Shown: positions 1-10,166, counted from the first letter of the stretch. The stretch is 64,000 nt of DNA from Candidatus Bathyarchaeota archaeon (GCA_963828195.1 CAWHDT010000008.1:96001-160000); one strand, 5' to 3'. The notes: generated by a model from the letters alone, not told the origin. Translations and numbers: made by a program.

Positions 1-137
1 CTTGCAGCCTGCTCGCTCAAATTGAAAAAGTTGATGAGATACCACATTAGGAAGGCAGGACTTTCTTGTCTGAAACCCTCTTGAAACTCTTTAACTTCTG
101 ACCGTAGTTTTAGATTGAAAGTCTCTTTATCCAACAT
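1..137 (-). CDS. N-terminus of an AIPR-like (abortive infection phage resistance) protein, runs off the window
   Basis: Manual translation from ATG at 137: MLDKETFNLKLRSEVKEFQEGFRQESPAFLMWYLINFFNLSEQAA. The 'AFLxWYLxNxFxLxE' stretch resembles AIPR N-termini. Only 45 codons are visible. Confidence 0.4.
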   Translation of the reverse strand, partial: MLDKETFNLKLRSEVKEFQEGFRQESPAFLMWYLINFFNLSEQAA

Positions 138-377
138 TAATAAAGAAGTGTATAACCTGGCAATTTAATGCTTACGGAGTATCGCTAAGTTTTTCTTTGA
201 AGACAAAGCGCCTCATTGTTTATATAAGAATTCAACATGATAGGCAATTTATTTTTTCCTCAAAGAACTTTTGCAGTTGAGCGGCTACTTGGTCTGGAAT
301 CATCTTGCTCAGAAACAATCAATTTTTTGTCAAAATGCATCAAATAGATTAACTAATCGGGAACCGAGTTATTCTAT

Positions 378-2219
378 TTATGCAAAAATTTTTTGGAAGA
401 GATCGTGAAATTCTGCTTGTCTTGTAGGAATTAGGTCATTTACATTTGCGTACTGAGCTATTCTAATAGCAATTTTTGGCTTTGTTAATTCTAAACATCC
501 AAATATTGACTCAAGCTTTGTACCAAATTTCGTTTCATCCATATCGGCTTGAATTAGCCCTGCTTTGCAATTGAGAATATTGAATATGAAAAACTTTTCG
601 TCGAGCTCCAGGTCTGGAGTGGTTCCTATTTCATGTTTTAGAGTTTCAAGGGCATCAAAGTTCGTAAACGTCTCAACCATTGCAATTGCATTAGCCTTTT
701 TATCCTCTCGCAGGTCCGACTCATTAATTAAGTCACAGAGCATTCTTGTAAGCCAATGCTTCAAGTAATAATTTTCAATTTCACCTTCCGCTAAGACATG
801 TATCCCCTGTGCCTCTAATTTCTCCCGGATTAGAATATCATTATCAATCGATATGTCGATTCCATAATTGAAGCGTTCACTCATTCTTCGTATTACATTC
901 TTACTTTCCATAAAATCTTTGTCAAGAATAGCGGTCCAAGGAATTTGATAGGAATTTAGAAGTTCAATAAACACATCTAAATTCGTTTTGCTTCCAACCT
1001 CCACAATTCCAATATTCCTCTTATCAAAGTCAAAATCAGCGTTAACTGACTTGGCGAAAGGTTGGATAACGGTCTTATCGCTTTGTCCTTCAACAAGTAC
1101 TACTTTATCGGAAAAGAACAATTCCAAGTTTGAAGTTGTAAGTTCCTTTTTGAGTTTGACCTTATCAGCAATATCTTTGACTTGCGTTACTTTTGTTTCC
1201 TTGCCAATTTTCCTAACCAAGGCTATCTCAGGAATTTCTCTGTTTAGCAAATAATAGGGCGAATGAGTGGTTATTATCAGCTGAACCCCTTCTTCGTCAC
1301 AGAAACTCTTTAAAACACTCGCCATATGACGATTTGCATGAGGATGGAGATACAGTTCAGGTTCCTCTATCAGAAGAAGGGCTTGTCCAGCTTTGATTTC
1401 GCTGTAAAGTTTGAAAAGAGAAATAATAATCACACTTTGAATACCTGAACCTTTGAAATCTAAACCTGTATCAATGCCATCGTCGAGGAGAATATCGAGT
1501 TTTTTGTAAATGTCTTTTGGAATGCTTGGTACAAAAGAAAAGGTAATTCCATTGTGGTCTATTATCGTTTTACTGATTATATTTACGCGATTTTGATGTT
1601 CAAGAAATATGTCGTTACATACAATCTTGGTATCATCAAGTTTTGTTTCTAATTCAGTTTTTTTCGCATCGTCTGCCATTTGATAAAGTTTGCTGAGAAG
1701 TTTGCCCATGAAAGAATAATCTGTAGTCTTAAGAATCTGCGAATAATCGCGAATTGCTGGTATATGCACCGCAGTAATAATAGCGCTTTTCAATTCGTTT
1801 GAGAAATATTTGTAATAAACATCGCCAAGGAAGATATTTCTGTCTACTTTTGAACTCGTTATTTCTAACTCAATTCTTGCGTTTCTTGTATCACGAAGCA
1901 AAGTGTAAAAGCGAGCACTATCGTATTTTTCTCCATCGACCCATACCGAATACTTGACCTCTTTTATTATATCATCGATTTCTTCATCCTTTAGATTGTC
2001 GAAATGAAGCTTTATGATGATACTATCAATTTCATTTTGGTTAAAGTAGTCATTCTTTGTTATTCGAACATATTTTTCTCCTAATGCCAAATCGATTGCG
2101 CGCACTATGTTTGATTTGCCTGAATTGTTCTTTCCAACCAACATAGTGCAAGCACCAAAGTTTAGGTCAAGTTCCTTGATGCTTCTGAAGTTTGCAATTT
2201 CTATTCTGGCCAGGCGCAT
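378..2219 (-). CDS. OLD-family ATP-dependent nuclease (ABC ATPase + TOPRIM)
   Basis: IANFRSI, Walker A GKNNSGKS, signature KGSGIQ, Walker B/D-loop LLIEEPELYLHP, H-loop ITTHSP, TOPRIM VVLVEGQSD and ILDKD, EIENY. Confidence 0.9.
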   Translation of the reverse strand: MRLARIEIANFRSIKELDLNFGACTMLVGKNNSGKSNIVRAIDLALGEKYVRITKNDYFNQNEIDSIIIKLHFDNLKDEEIDDIIKEVKYSVWVDGEKYDSARFYTLLRDTRNARIELEITSSKVDRNIFLGDVYYKYFSNELKSAIITAVHIPAIRDYSQILKTTDYSFMGKLLSKLYQMADDAKKTELETKLDDTKIVCNDIFLEHQNRVNIISKTIIDHNGITFSFVPSIPKDIYKKLDILLDDGIDTGLDFKGSGIQSVIIISLFKLYSEIKAGQALLLIEEPELYLHPHANRHMASVLKSFCDEEGVQLIITTHSPYYLLNREIPEIALVRKIGKETKVTQVKDIADKVKLKKELTTSNLELFFSDKVVLVEGQSDKTVIQPFAKSVNADFDFDKRNIGIVEVGSKTNLDVFIELLNSYQIPWTAILDKDFMESKNVIRRMSERFNYGIDISIDNDILIREKLEAQGIHVLAEGEIENYYLKHWLTRMLCDLINESDLREDKKANAIAMVETFTNFDALETLKHEIGTTPDLELDEKFFIFNILNCKAGLIQADMDETKFGTKLESIFGCLELTKPKIAIRIAQYANVNDLIPTRQAEFHDLFQKIFA

Positions 2220-2589
2220 AGAGATAGTATTAAATCATTTTGGTTATAAGCTTTAACAATCAAAATTTTTTCTTAAGAAGAAACTGACTTACTTATTTGA
2301 GTGGAGGCGCAGTGGACAACTCATAGAGGTCACACTTTGACACGGAAATACGCACTAACTAGAATTGACATCTAAGCTTTAATCATATTTGGCATTGATG
2401 CTCTTTCCGACTTCTGTTACTATTTCTTAAATTTCTTCCTTTGAGTCAATGTGTTTTTTGTCCATCATTTCAAAGGTTTTGTCTCATTCTTTTTTATGTC
2501 CGGACGCTTTTTCCCTCAGCGTACTTAAATGTATGGGATACAGAATTATTAATCACAAGCTTTTTTAAAAAGTATGTGAATTAAAATTC

Positions 2590-3888
2590 ATGGACGTTGA
2601 AGAGCTTAAAGCCATTATCGTTTCACAGCATGAAGATACAGCAGAGCTACTAAAAAAGGAGCGAGTAATCGAGAGGGATCTTGACAGGTTCAGGGTTAAA
2701 AATTTTTTAGCGAACCCTAATGTGTTAGCCATACTTGGGGTGAGAAGATGTGGCAAATCCATATTTTCGTGGTTGCTGCTTAAGGGAGAAAAATTTGGCT
2801 ACATAAACTTCTTTGACGAAAGATTGGTCGGGTTAAAAGCTGAAGAGTTAAACAAAGTAGTGCAGGCTTTTTACGAGTTGTACGGTAGCAATGTAGAATA
2901 TTTCGTATTTGACGAGGTACAAAAGATTGCTGGATGGGAAAGGTTCGTAAGCAGGCTTAGAACATCAAACAAAATAATAATAACAGGCAGCAACTCCGAC
3001 CTGCTTCGCGGAGACCTCGCCACTTTTCTGACGGGCAGGCACATTGATGTTGAGCTTTTGCCCTTTGGTTTCGGAGAGTACTTGAGATCAACGGGAATAG
3101 TGTTGGACGAGAATTGGATGTATTCAACAAATAGCATCGCCGCGGTGAAGAAAGCTCTTTCTGAGTTCATGGAGAAAGGCGGCTTCCCTGAGGTTGGCAA
3201 GTTTGGCAGCTTAATGCTCAGCGGAATCTACCGAGATATTATCGAGAACGATTTAATTGGTCACCACAGGCTGAGGAATCCCCAGAATCTGAGAGAGCTT
3301 GCCAAGTATTTGATATCGAACACGGGGCGAGAAGTTTCATTCAATAAGCTTCGGGCACCCCTTGGAATAAAGGATACGCATACGATAATAAAGTACAGTG
3401 GCTACATAGCTGATTCATATCTTATTTTTCTGCTGGAGAGGTTTTCATACAAACTAAAAGAGCAGTTCATAGCTCCAAAGAAGGTTTACTGCATAGATGT
3501 GGGGCTTGCAAACAATGTTGCGTTCAAGCTAAGTAAAGACTCTGGCAGATTAATGGAGAACATCGTGTTTATCGAGTTGCTAAGACGGAAACTTTACTTC
3601 AACCCCGATTGGGAGCTGTATTATTGGAAAGACCATTTTGGCAGGGAGATTGATTTTGTTGTTAAAACCTCTGAGTCCGTGAAGCAGCTTATACAGGTGA
3701 CCTACGCCTCGGGAAAGAATGAAATTGACCAGCGCGAGATCGCATCCTTCACGTTCGCTAGCGCGGAACTGAAATGCGACAACCTGCTTGTTATAACATG
3801 GGACTACGAAGCAACGACGCCGCTGAGGGACAAAACGGTCGCGTTCATGCCCCTTTGGAAATGGCTGCTTAACCCATCCGAGACCTGA
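2590..3888 (+). CDS. AAA_14 + DUF4143 ATP-binding protein
   Basis: GVRRCGKS, VFDEVQ, ITGSNS, LTGR, GGFPE, KKVYCIDVG, GRLMEN, REIDFVV. Confidence 0.9.
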   Translation: MDVEELKAIIVSQHEDTAELLKKERVIERDLDRFRVKNFLANPNVLAILGVRRCGKSIFSWLLLKGEKFGYINFFDERLVGLKAEELNKVVQAFYELYGSNVEYFVFDEVQKIAGWERFVSRLRTSNKIIITGSNSDLLRGDLATFLTGRHIDVELLPFGFGEYLRSTGIVLDENWMYSTNSIAAVKKALSEFMEKGGFPEVGKFGSLMLSGIYRDIIENDLIGHHRLRNPQNLRELAKYLISNTGREVSFNKLRAPLGIKDTHTIIKYSGYIADSYLIFLLERFSYKLKEQFIAPKKVYCIDVGLANNVAFKLSKDSGRLMENIVFIELLRRKLYFNPDWELYYWKDHFGREIDFVVKTSESVKQLIQVTYASGKNEIDQREIASFTFASAELKCDNLLVITWDYEATTPLRDKTVAFMPLWKWLLNPSET

Positions 3889-3979
3889 CAGCCAAGTCGA
3901 GGTTTTTTTCGCTTTTATTCGAAGAGGCTAATGGAAATTAAGCCCTGAATCTAGCCAGCCTACCCTAAGAGGAGGTCTA

Positions 3980-4123
3980 CTATTTGCGCCAAAAAACCAA
4001 CACAAATATGGAAGGCGGAAGAAGAAGAAGAAAAACATTTTCAGGGGGCTTCTTCTTCTTTTGAATAAATATTGCCCAGAAGAACAACATTTGATTTTCT
4101 AGGTGTTGTTGTTCTTTCAAAAT
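3980..4123 (+). repeat. Dispersed double-hairpin repeat, copy 1 (full)
   Basis: CTATTTGCGCCAAAAAAC leader. Unit A has (GAA)5 at 4018-4032 and (CTT)4 at 4049-4060. Unit B has AAGAACAACA at 4080-4089 and TGTTGTTCTT at 4107-4116. Highly similar reverse-complement copy at 13816-13957. Confidence 0.9.
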
Positions 4124-4234
4124 TATAAATTGGAAACAAACCAGCCACACAAGAGAACCAAAACCAATGATCCTCCCCGCCCTACCATTTGCACCCAACG
4201 CGAAATAGTAAGCGGTTGGTTTGGGTTGGCAGGG

Positions 4235-5023
4235 TTAGTTGACTTCGTTGTTTTCGATTTTTCGGGCCATTTCAACTATTATCTTTGTGAAGGGATGGTC
4301 CGGCTTGTCTTCGACGAATATGAGGTTGCCTTCGGCTCTTAGGATTTCGCAGAAGCACGGCACGATTCCCAGCATTGGCACGTGGTAGACGGTTTGTACT
4401 CTGGTGGCCATTTCGGTTTTCTTCGCGGTGGCGGATGAATCAAGCACTTTGTTTAGCACTAAACCCGTTTTCTTCTCAAACAGGTTGTAGAGCTCTTGGA
4501 GCATGCGTTTTGTTCCATCCACGTCGGAGCGGTCTCCAGTTGTTGCGACCACCACGAAGTCAGCGGCGACAATCGCGTTTATCGAGGAGTACTGCAGCCC
4601 CGGGCTGGTGTCGAAGAACAGGTAATCGAATTTTTGGTCTTCAAGCAACGATTTCTTTAACGCAAGCAGCCTGCCCAACGCACGCATCTCCCATTTCCTG
4701 TCTTTAGACGACATGTCACGTATGGCTTCGGTCGCAGGGTTCGCTAGGCCAGCGAAGAATTTGCCGCCGCCTGGAACCTTGCTGCTTAAATCCACCAGGA
4801 CCTTTTCCGCTTCGCAACTGCTGTTTAAGTAATCGTTGAACCAGAACTCGACGTTTTCAGTTTTTAAGATGGCGAATAAGCTGGGTGCCCGAAAATCAAG
4901 ATCGAACACGGCGACTTTTTTGCCGGCTTTAGCGAACGCAGCGGCTAAATTCACGGAGAGAAGCGTTTTGCCGGTGCCGCCTTTGTAGGAGTGGACTGCG
5001 ATTATTTTGCTCATAAGCGTCAA
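4235..5023 (-). CDS. MinD/ParA-family ATPase
   Basis: Deviant Walker A SYKGGTGKT, DLDFRAPSL, FFDTSPG, LVLNK. Confidence 0.9.
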   Translation of the reverse strand: MTLMSKIIAVHSYKGGTGKTLLSVNLAAAFAKAGKKVAVFDLDFRAPSLFAILKTENVEFWFNDYLNSSCEAEKVLVDLSSKVPGGGKFFAGLANPATEAIRDMSSKDRKWEMRALGRLLALKKSLLEDQKFDYLFFDTSPGLQYSSINAIVAADFVVVATTGDRSDVDGTKRMLQELYNLFEKKTGLVLNKVLDSSATAKKTEMATRVQTVYHVPMLGIVPCFCEILRAEGNLIFVEDKPDHPFTKIIVEMARKIENNEVN

Positions 5024-5406
5024 CTCTGCGTCTCCTTATCAACGAAGAAATACGCTTTTCGACCCACACGCTCTTTTTTGAGGTAACCCATGATTACAAG
5101 CTGATTAAGATAAGCGCTCTCAACTGCCCGAGCCCGACCTGTCTCCTCGGCAATCTCCTCCGCCGTGCCTCGGCTGCGCCGGCAAATCGCCATGGCAGTC
5201 TTGCGCAGATGATCGGGCATAGAAAGTAGAGTCATAACATCCAAAGACGCATCAGGCAACACGATACCGCCCCGTGCACCAGCGCCTTCAACGCCGCCAC
5301 GCTGAATCTCTATGATAACCTCCATCTTCTCATTCAACCTCTCCAAACACTCTTCAATGCGCTCAAATATCGTAAACGGTTTTTTACTCGATGTTTCTTC
5401 CTTAAT
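5020..5406 (-). CDS. wHTH transcriptional regulator / DNA-binding protein, coupled to the ParA/MinD gene
   Basis: C-terminal HTH (TAEEIAEETGRARAVESAYLNQLVIMGYL) with wing KKERVGRKAYF. 4-nt overlap with the ATPase gene. The frame stays open upstream of 5346 to an ATT at 5406 behind a G-rich SD, so the start is uncertain. Confidence 0.75.
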   Translation of the reverse strand: MKEETSSKKPFTIFERIEECLERLNEKMEVIIEIQRGGVEGAGARGGIVLPDASLDVMTLLSMPDHLRKTAMAICRRSRGTAEEIAEETGRARAVESAYLNQLVIMGYLKKERVGRKAYFFVDKETQS

Positions 5407-5598
5407 ACGAAGCCCCCCAGCTACACCTGCACATATACGGTTGGTAGTTTAATCTGAAATTTTATTTATTAAGCCTTGCGAATCGCCAGTACTTATTTCA
5501 AATAACTAAATTTCAACGTAATTCAATAAAAACTGGCGTTACCAGCTAAAAAGATACACGAAAAAATATGAACCTGTTTTCAAGAAAGTGGGGTGTGT

Positions 5599-5892
5599 TT
5601 AGTAGGGAATTGCTGCTTGATTTCTTGCTTCCTCTACTATGGGCAGAACTTGTTTTAGTTCTTTGAAGTACTTGAGCACTGTTATGCCTCGCTGTGTTAC
5701 GGCGTAGACCACACGTTGTTTTCCTACGGTGCGTTCTTCCACGAGGCCTTGTTTGGTAAGGAAGTCAAGGTACTCTTTAAGGACGCTGCAGTTAACGTTT
5801 GCTTTGTACATAACGTGTGTTAGTTTCAGTGGGCCTTTGCGAGCGAGAACCGAAAGGATGTCAACATACATTTCTAGTTTTGAACGACGCAC
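5599..5892 (-). CDS. Winged-helix DNA-binding protein (HTH_45/DUF4364-like)
   Basis: RRSKLEMYVDIL...KLTHVMYKANVN...YLDFL...YAVTQRG. Confidence 0.85.
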   Translation of the reverse strand: MRRSKLEMYVDILSVLARKGPLKLTHVMYKANVNCSVLKEYLDFLTKQGLVEERTVGKQRVVYAVTQRGITVLKYFKELKQVLPIVEEARNQAAIPY

Positions 5893-5978
5893 TTTATACT
5901 CCTCTTTTTTATCAAATTCTACTTTTTAATATAAATCATTTATGTATCAGTAATCAACGTTTTTGTCCATGGCTGCTG

Positions 5979-6158
5979 TTAATTATCGGTTTTTCTGCAT
6001 GCTCGATTTAACACATTTAACCTGTTTTCGAAGGCTGTGACCATGTCATCTAGCAATATTTCACGCAATTCTGTCGGCAATTGACCCATTTTTTCTTGGA
6101 AAACATTTTCTAATTTGGCTTCTAGTTCTTTCCTATCTTTTTCTGCAATTTGTTTCAT
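5979..6158 (-). CDS. Small helical hypothetical protein, 59 aa (not in ORF track)
   Basis: GGAGG SD, then MKQIAEKDRKELEAKLENVFQEKMGQLPTELREILLDDMVTAFENRLNVLNRACRKTDN*. Confidence 0.7.
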   Translation of the reverse strand: MKQIAEKDRKELEAKLENVFQEKMGQLPTELREILLDDMVTAFENRLNVLNRACRKTDN

Positions 6159-6529
6159 TTACTTTCCTCCAGATTCCAACAGGACACTCAATAGCGGACG
6201 GTATTTAACTAACTTATGAAAGCAACCTATGAATCCAAAATAAATACCTGAAAACAAAACTACTGAGTTTTTTGGAAAGTTCATGTCTCTAATCTGGTTT
6301 TCTAACCTTAACTGGGTTGTTTAGCTTCCAAGCACGCCATTTTTAGATTGAGGTTCTATTGCAAAAAACAACGTAATAAGATAATAATAAAGTATAATAT
6401 ACAATCGGTTGCTTTATCCCTATTGTTTGAAACGTTGTTGTTGCTGTTTAGCAATCACAAATTAATTTAAATCTCAACGTACATCAAATCTAAGATAATA
6501 CATCAACATGCCTGCAATCCGAGGTTTTA

Positions 6530-6766
6530 TTGGAGAGTTTTGTTTTGATCACACAATCTTTGAAAGAGAAATCTTGGAGCGTGGCTCTAGTCAAAGGGCA
6601 CGTTTCAAATAATCAGGTCCGAGCTGAATACTGCGAAGACTGTAAATCAACAAGTGAGGTTTTAACAGCCAACTTTAACAATCCCGACTTATTGTTGTAC
6701 GGCTGCAGAGACAGCAAATGCAAACACAGGCTTTTACGCTTAAATTTTAATGATGAATCATTTTAG
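6530..6766 (+). CDS. Small Cys-rich (zinc-ribbon-like) hypothetical protein
   Basis: CEDC...GCRDSKCKH; GAGG upstream. Confidence 0.45.
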   Translation: MESFVLITQSLKEKSWSVALVKGHVSNNQVRAEYCEDCKSTSEVLTANFNNPDLLLYGCRDSKCKHRLLRLNFNDESF

Positions 6767-6949
6767 AGTTTGACGAAAGCTTAGCTAAAAATGGGAAGCA
6801 TCCGTTGCAACGTTCGAGTTAAATTTTAAATTACAAAAGTTTTTGTTATGTAACTCCTGCCAATCTTTTTGATTCGCGGATTAACAGGTGATTAGCAAGG
6901 GTTTCACTGTTTTTTCGGGGTGTACCCAGCTATTTTCTATTAAGCCGTA

Positions 6950-7228
6950 TCAAAAACTTTGATTTTGCGAGATAATTGGCATCCCATTTGGTTTCGCTTC
7001 AGATCCAGAAATCAACAAAGACCCATTGCCCTGTTTCAAAATCAATCCATGTTTATTCACAACTGACTCCACATTTGTGAGACCTTTTGCATCGAGAGAG
7101 ACGTTTATTCGAAGATTAAATTCTTCCTTGGACAGGTTGATTGGCATCAGCGATATGCTACTTATAAAAGCGTCCGGTACACACGCACATATTTCACTGA
7201 AAAGTCGAGCAGCCTCACGCCTTCTCAT
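6950..7228 (-). CDS. Hypothetical protein
   Basis: 92-aa ORF with GAGG SD and protein-like composition. Confidence 0.6.
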   Translation of the reverse strand: MRRREAARLFSEICACVPDAFISSISLMPINLSKEEFNLRINVSLDAKGLTNVESVVNKHGLILKQGNGSLLISGSEAKPNGMPIISQNQSF

Positions 7229-7705
7229 TACATGCCTCGCAAACTGTTTAGTATATTACTTAAGCTTATGAGAATTGCAGTCAAACTCAAGTAAAAAATG
7301 GCAGACAAACGCCTCACAAAATGCATCATTTTTTGCTACAATCTCCATAACAAATTATTACAGAACAAAATAACGCAAATTCAAGCAATATTGTTATAAA
7401 TCTGGATAACTCGAACGAGTGCAATGCATTTATTAGACAAAAAAAAGTCTTAACAACTTGTTGATTCTTCTCATACGAAGTTCAGTCCTTGGTTTTTCTT
7501 GGGCTATTTGTGACGGGTACGCCGCTATTTACCGATTAAGTTTGATTATTAATAGTGGGGCTGGAGGGTCCGCTCCTTTAGTTCTTCATTTTGTAGCTGA
7601 ATTTTGAAGCAAACGGTAGGTAAGTTTCCGGCGTCTCTGGGCCAGTTATTTCAGCAAGAAGCACAGGTTCCCTTGCACATCGCATGTGCAATAATTTTTC
7701 TAATT

Positions 7706-7750
7706 TTTTGAAAGAACAATAACACCCGAAAAACAAACTGTTGTTCTTCC
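7706..7750 (-). repeat. Dispersed repeat, partial copy (unit B only)
   Basis: TTTTGAAAGAACAATAACACCCGAAAAACAAACTGTTGTTCTTCC matches 13816-13859 and 35778-35821. Confidence 0.8.
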
Positions 7751-7803
7751 GCCCCTTCAGTTTCAAAAAAAAATAATTCTTCAAAGAAAGAAATGCGGGA
7801 AAA

Positions 7804-8066
7804 TTAGGCTTTGCCAAACCACTTCTCGAACCATTCTTCAAACTTGAAAGACATTCTTTGCGCCAAGCTGGTTCCCCTGAGTCTTCCTTCAAACAACTCG
7901 TTAGCTCCAAACGGTGGGTGATCTCTGCTTTTGCCTCTTCCAGCAACGCTTCAACATCATCAAGCATATCATTGCCGCCAGCTGAATAATCTTTCACGGA
8001 AGCCCGCAAAAAAGCTCGTTTTTGTTTAATTACTTCTTCAAGTTTACCTTCAGCCGCCATACACAA
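7804..8066 (-). CDS. Small hypothetical protein, probably frameshifted near 7915-7920
   Basis: N-terminal frame gives ...LLEEAKAEI. The alternative frame gives PPFGANELFEGRLRGTSLAQRMSFKFEEWFEKWFGKA* ending at ~7804. The tail of the 162-aa track ORF reads through the repeat. Confidence 0.45.
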
Positions 8067-8222
8067 TTACCTACTGACTTCTAATCGACAGTCTCTAAAA
8101 AATGTAGCATTTTTGAATCAATAGGTGCTGAGAGTTTTGGGCCTGTCCTTGCAGAGATTTGAAACCGGGTCGTCAGCGTCTCACCAAATGTTTAAACGCA
8201 ACAATAGATGCAAACCGGAATT

Positions 8223-9797
8223 TTAAGATGATTTAGATGTCGTTGTGTTTTTACTGATTCTTTCCATTATAGTCAGGGGGAAATCGAGTATTTCTGAGAT
8301 TACTCCTAAACTGGAAAATATGTTTCTAAGATTTTTAATATCATCTCGGCTTAAAGCCCCTGAGAGAGGCGTAAGAGCCAAATAGATTCCGCCAAAAATG
8401 ACTAAGCCTGCCACAAGCTGAATCAAATAAGGCAAGTTGAGAAAATACAAGAAGAAGTAAGTGATTAGTGCGGCTATAGATGAAGTTAAAAATATTTTTG
8501 ATGACGATTTCAGGTCGATAATGGTTCCGTATTTTTTCCTTACCCAAAATACGCTTATAATTACGCTAGGTATGCCATTGAATATGGCGCTTAGTAACAA
8601 GCCGATTATTCCCAGCGTCGGGACCAGAATTAACCCAAGTGGGATGCCTATTGCAATGGTTAACAAGTTTAGTTTCATGTAAAATTTAGTTTCTCCTAAT
8701 GCGGGGATTAGACTATTGATGCTTATCGTCCCAAAAACGGCAAACAAAGAAGTAACAACGCTCAGCTCCAAAAGGGGAGGAGCATAGCTATATTTATTTC
8801 CGAAAAGTGTACCGATGATTGGTTTAGAAAGTACAATAGTTGCCAAAGTTGCCGGGATTAAAAGAAAAGCCGTGTATTTTGCGGAGGAGGTAAAAACTGT
8901 TTTGAGCAGCTTTTTTTCTTTTTCCGGGTTTATTTTCGAGAAAACTGGGAACATCACAGTTGCTATGGGAATTGTGAAGAACGCTGGTAATACTGTAAAG
9001 TTTGTTGCAATGCCGTAATTGCCTATTATTGAGGTGCTGCAAAAGATAGCCATCAAGAATGAATAAAACTGGCTAAGGATTCCGGCTGTGATAGCGGCAA
9101 TGGCGAGAGGAACCCCATATTTTAGCATTGGTTTAAGTTGTTGCAGCAAATCAGACTTGAAAACAAATCGCGAACCAAGCCGTCGGTATATGGCGAAATA
9201 GAGTAGAAACGCTGAAAAGACGCCTGCGACGACTGACCCAATTGTGTAGCCTAATGTAGCGCCTAAGGCTCCGTATCCAAAATAAACCAGAAGCGCAGAC
9301 AGAGTGCTTTGCACTACTGCTTGGCAGATCATTGTGTAGCTGCTAAGTTTCATCTGCTCGAAACCCACGAAAACGCTTTGGGCTGCTCCTGAGAACGCAG
9401 CTGACAAAACAGTGATAGATATAAGGGCTATTAGAAATGCGGATGCGGGTTTTCCAAACACGGCGGAGGCTACAAAACCTGCCATCAACAGTGAGAGAAC
9501 AGCCAAAAATAAGCCAGTTGCAACCTCGAAGGTCATACCTGCTACAATTATTTTTGGAAGATCGCTTTCTTTGTTTTCAGCTCTGGATTGGGCGCAAAAC
9601 TTAGTCATAGCGGTGCTGATACCCCAATCTTGAAAAAGTAGAAAAGTAGAAGCGGGAACAGCCGCAATGGTGTACAATCCATAAGCAGTTGGTAGAATAA
9701 AGATACCGACAATTATGGTTCCAACAGCCAACAAAACCGTTGACAGCATCTTGCCCAGAAAAAGTTGAAAGCTTCCAACCGCTGACGTTTGACCCAT
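8223..9797 (-). CDS. Oligosaccharide flippase (Wzx/MOP superfamily)
   Basis: About 14 TM segments; ILPTAYGLY, DWGISTA, MLKYGVPL, IGNYGIA, MFPVFSK. Confidence 0.85.
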   Translation of the reverse strand: MGQTSAVGSFQLFLGKMLSTVLLAVGTIIVGIFILPTAYGLYTIAAVPASTFLLFQDWGISTAMTKFCAQSRAENKESDLPKIIVAGMTFEVATGLFLAVLSLLMAGFVASAVFGKPASAFLIALISITVLSAAFSGAAQSVFVGFEQMKLSSYTMICQAVVQSTLSALLVYFGYGALGATLGYTIGSVVAGVFSAFLLYFAIYRRLGSRFVFKSDLLQQLKPMLKYGVPLAIAAITAGILSQFYSFLMAIFCSTSIIGNYGIATNFTVLPAFFTIPIATVMFPVFSKINPEKEKKLLKTVFTSSAKYTAFLLIPATLATIVLSKPIIGTLFGNKYSYAPPLLELSVVTSLFAVFGTISINSLIPALGETKFYMKLNLLTIAIGIPLGLILVPTLGIIGLLLSAIFNGIPSVIISVFWVRKKYGTIIDLKSSSKIFLTSSIAALITYFFLYFLNLPYLIQLVAGLVIFGGIYLALTPLSGALSRDDIKNLRNIFSSLGVISEILDFPLTIMERISKNTTTSKSS

Positions 9798-10089
9798 TTC
9801 TGACGCTTTATCCAGACCGATTTCGCTCCTTACGATTCACGAACCATCATTATGCTTTATGCAAAATTGCTTACACATGGAAAGTGAGAGCAAAAAAGTT
9901 TCACACTCAAAAAGGCAATTTGCCCGTTTAACCATAAGGCCACTCATTGGCAAAATGGCAATAATTAATAATTTAAAAGACCCATTTAAACCTTCGATTA
10001 AGTTAGACTTTTTCTCTTACTCGCCGTATTAAGGAACAACGAGTCTTAGTCAAAAGTTAAGGCATACCGAAACATTTAAAACCCATTTG

Positions 10090-10166
10090 TGGTGCGGTAA
10101 CCGGGATTTGAACCCGGGTCCTAGACTTGGCAAGCCTATGTACTGACCAAGCTGTACTATTACCGC
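10090..10166 (-). tRNA. tRNA-Gly(GCC)
   Basis: Reverse complement GCGGTAATAGTACAGCTTGGTCAGTACATAGGCTTGCCAAGTCTAGGACCCGGGTTCAAATCCCGGTTACCGCACCA: acceptor stem, TTCAAAT T-loop, anticodon GCC, encoded CCA, no intron. Confidence 0.97.

Noticed and set aside
378-2219. Gabija system
   Set aside because: No UvrD-like GajB is adjacent in the window.
3980-4123. Classical MITE interpretation of the repeat
   Set aside because: No terminal inverted repeats or target-site duplication are visible; the palindromes are internal.
3980-4198. 72-aa ORF, and similarly 35723-36031 and the tail of 7578-8066
   Set aside because: These are translations across the non-coding repeat; frames differ between copies.
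10090-10166. tRNA-Gly as an integration site
   Set aside because: I found no duplicated tRNA 3' end and no integrase in the window.
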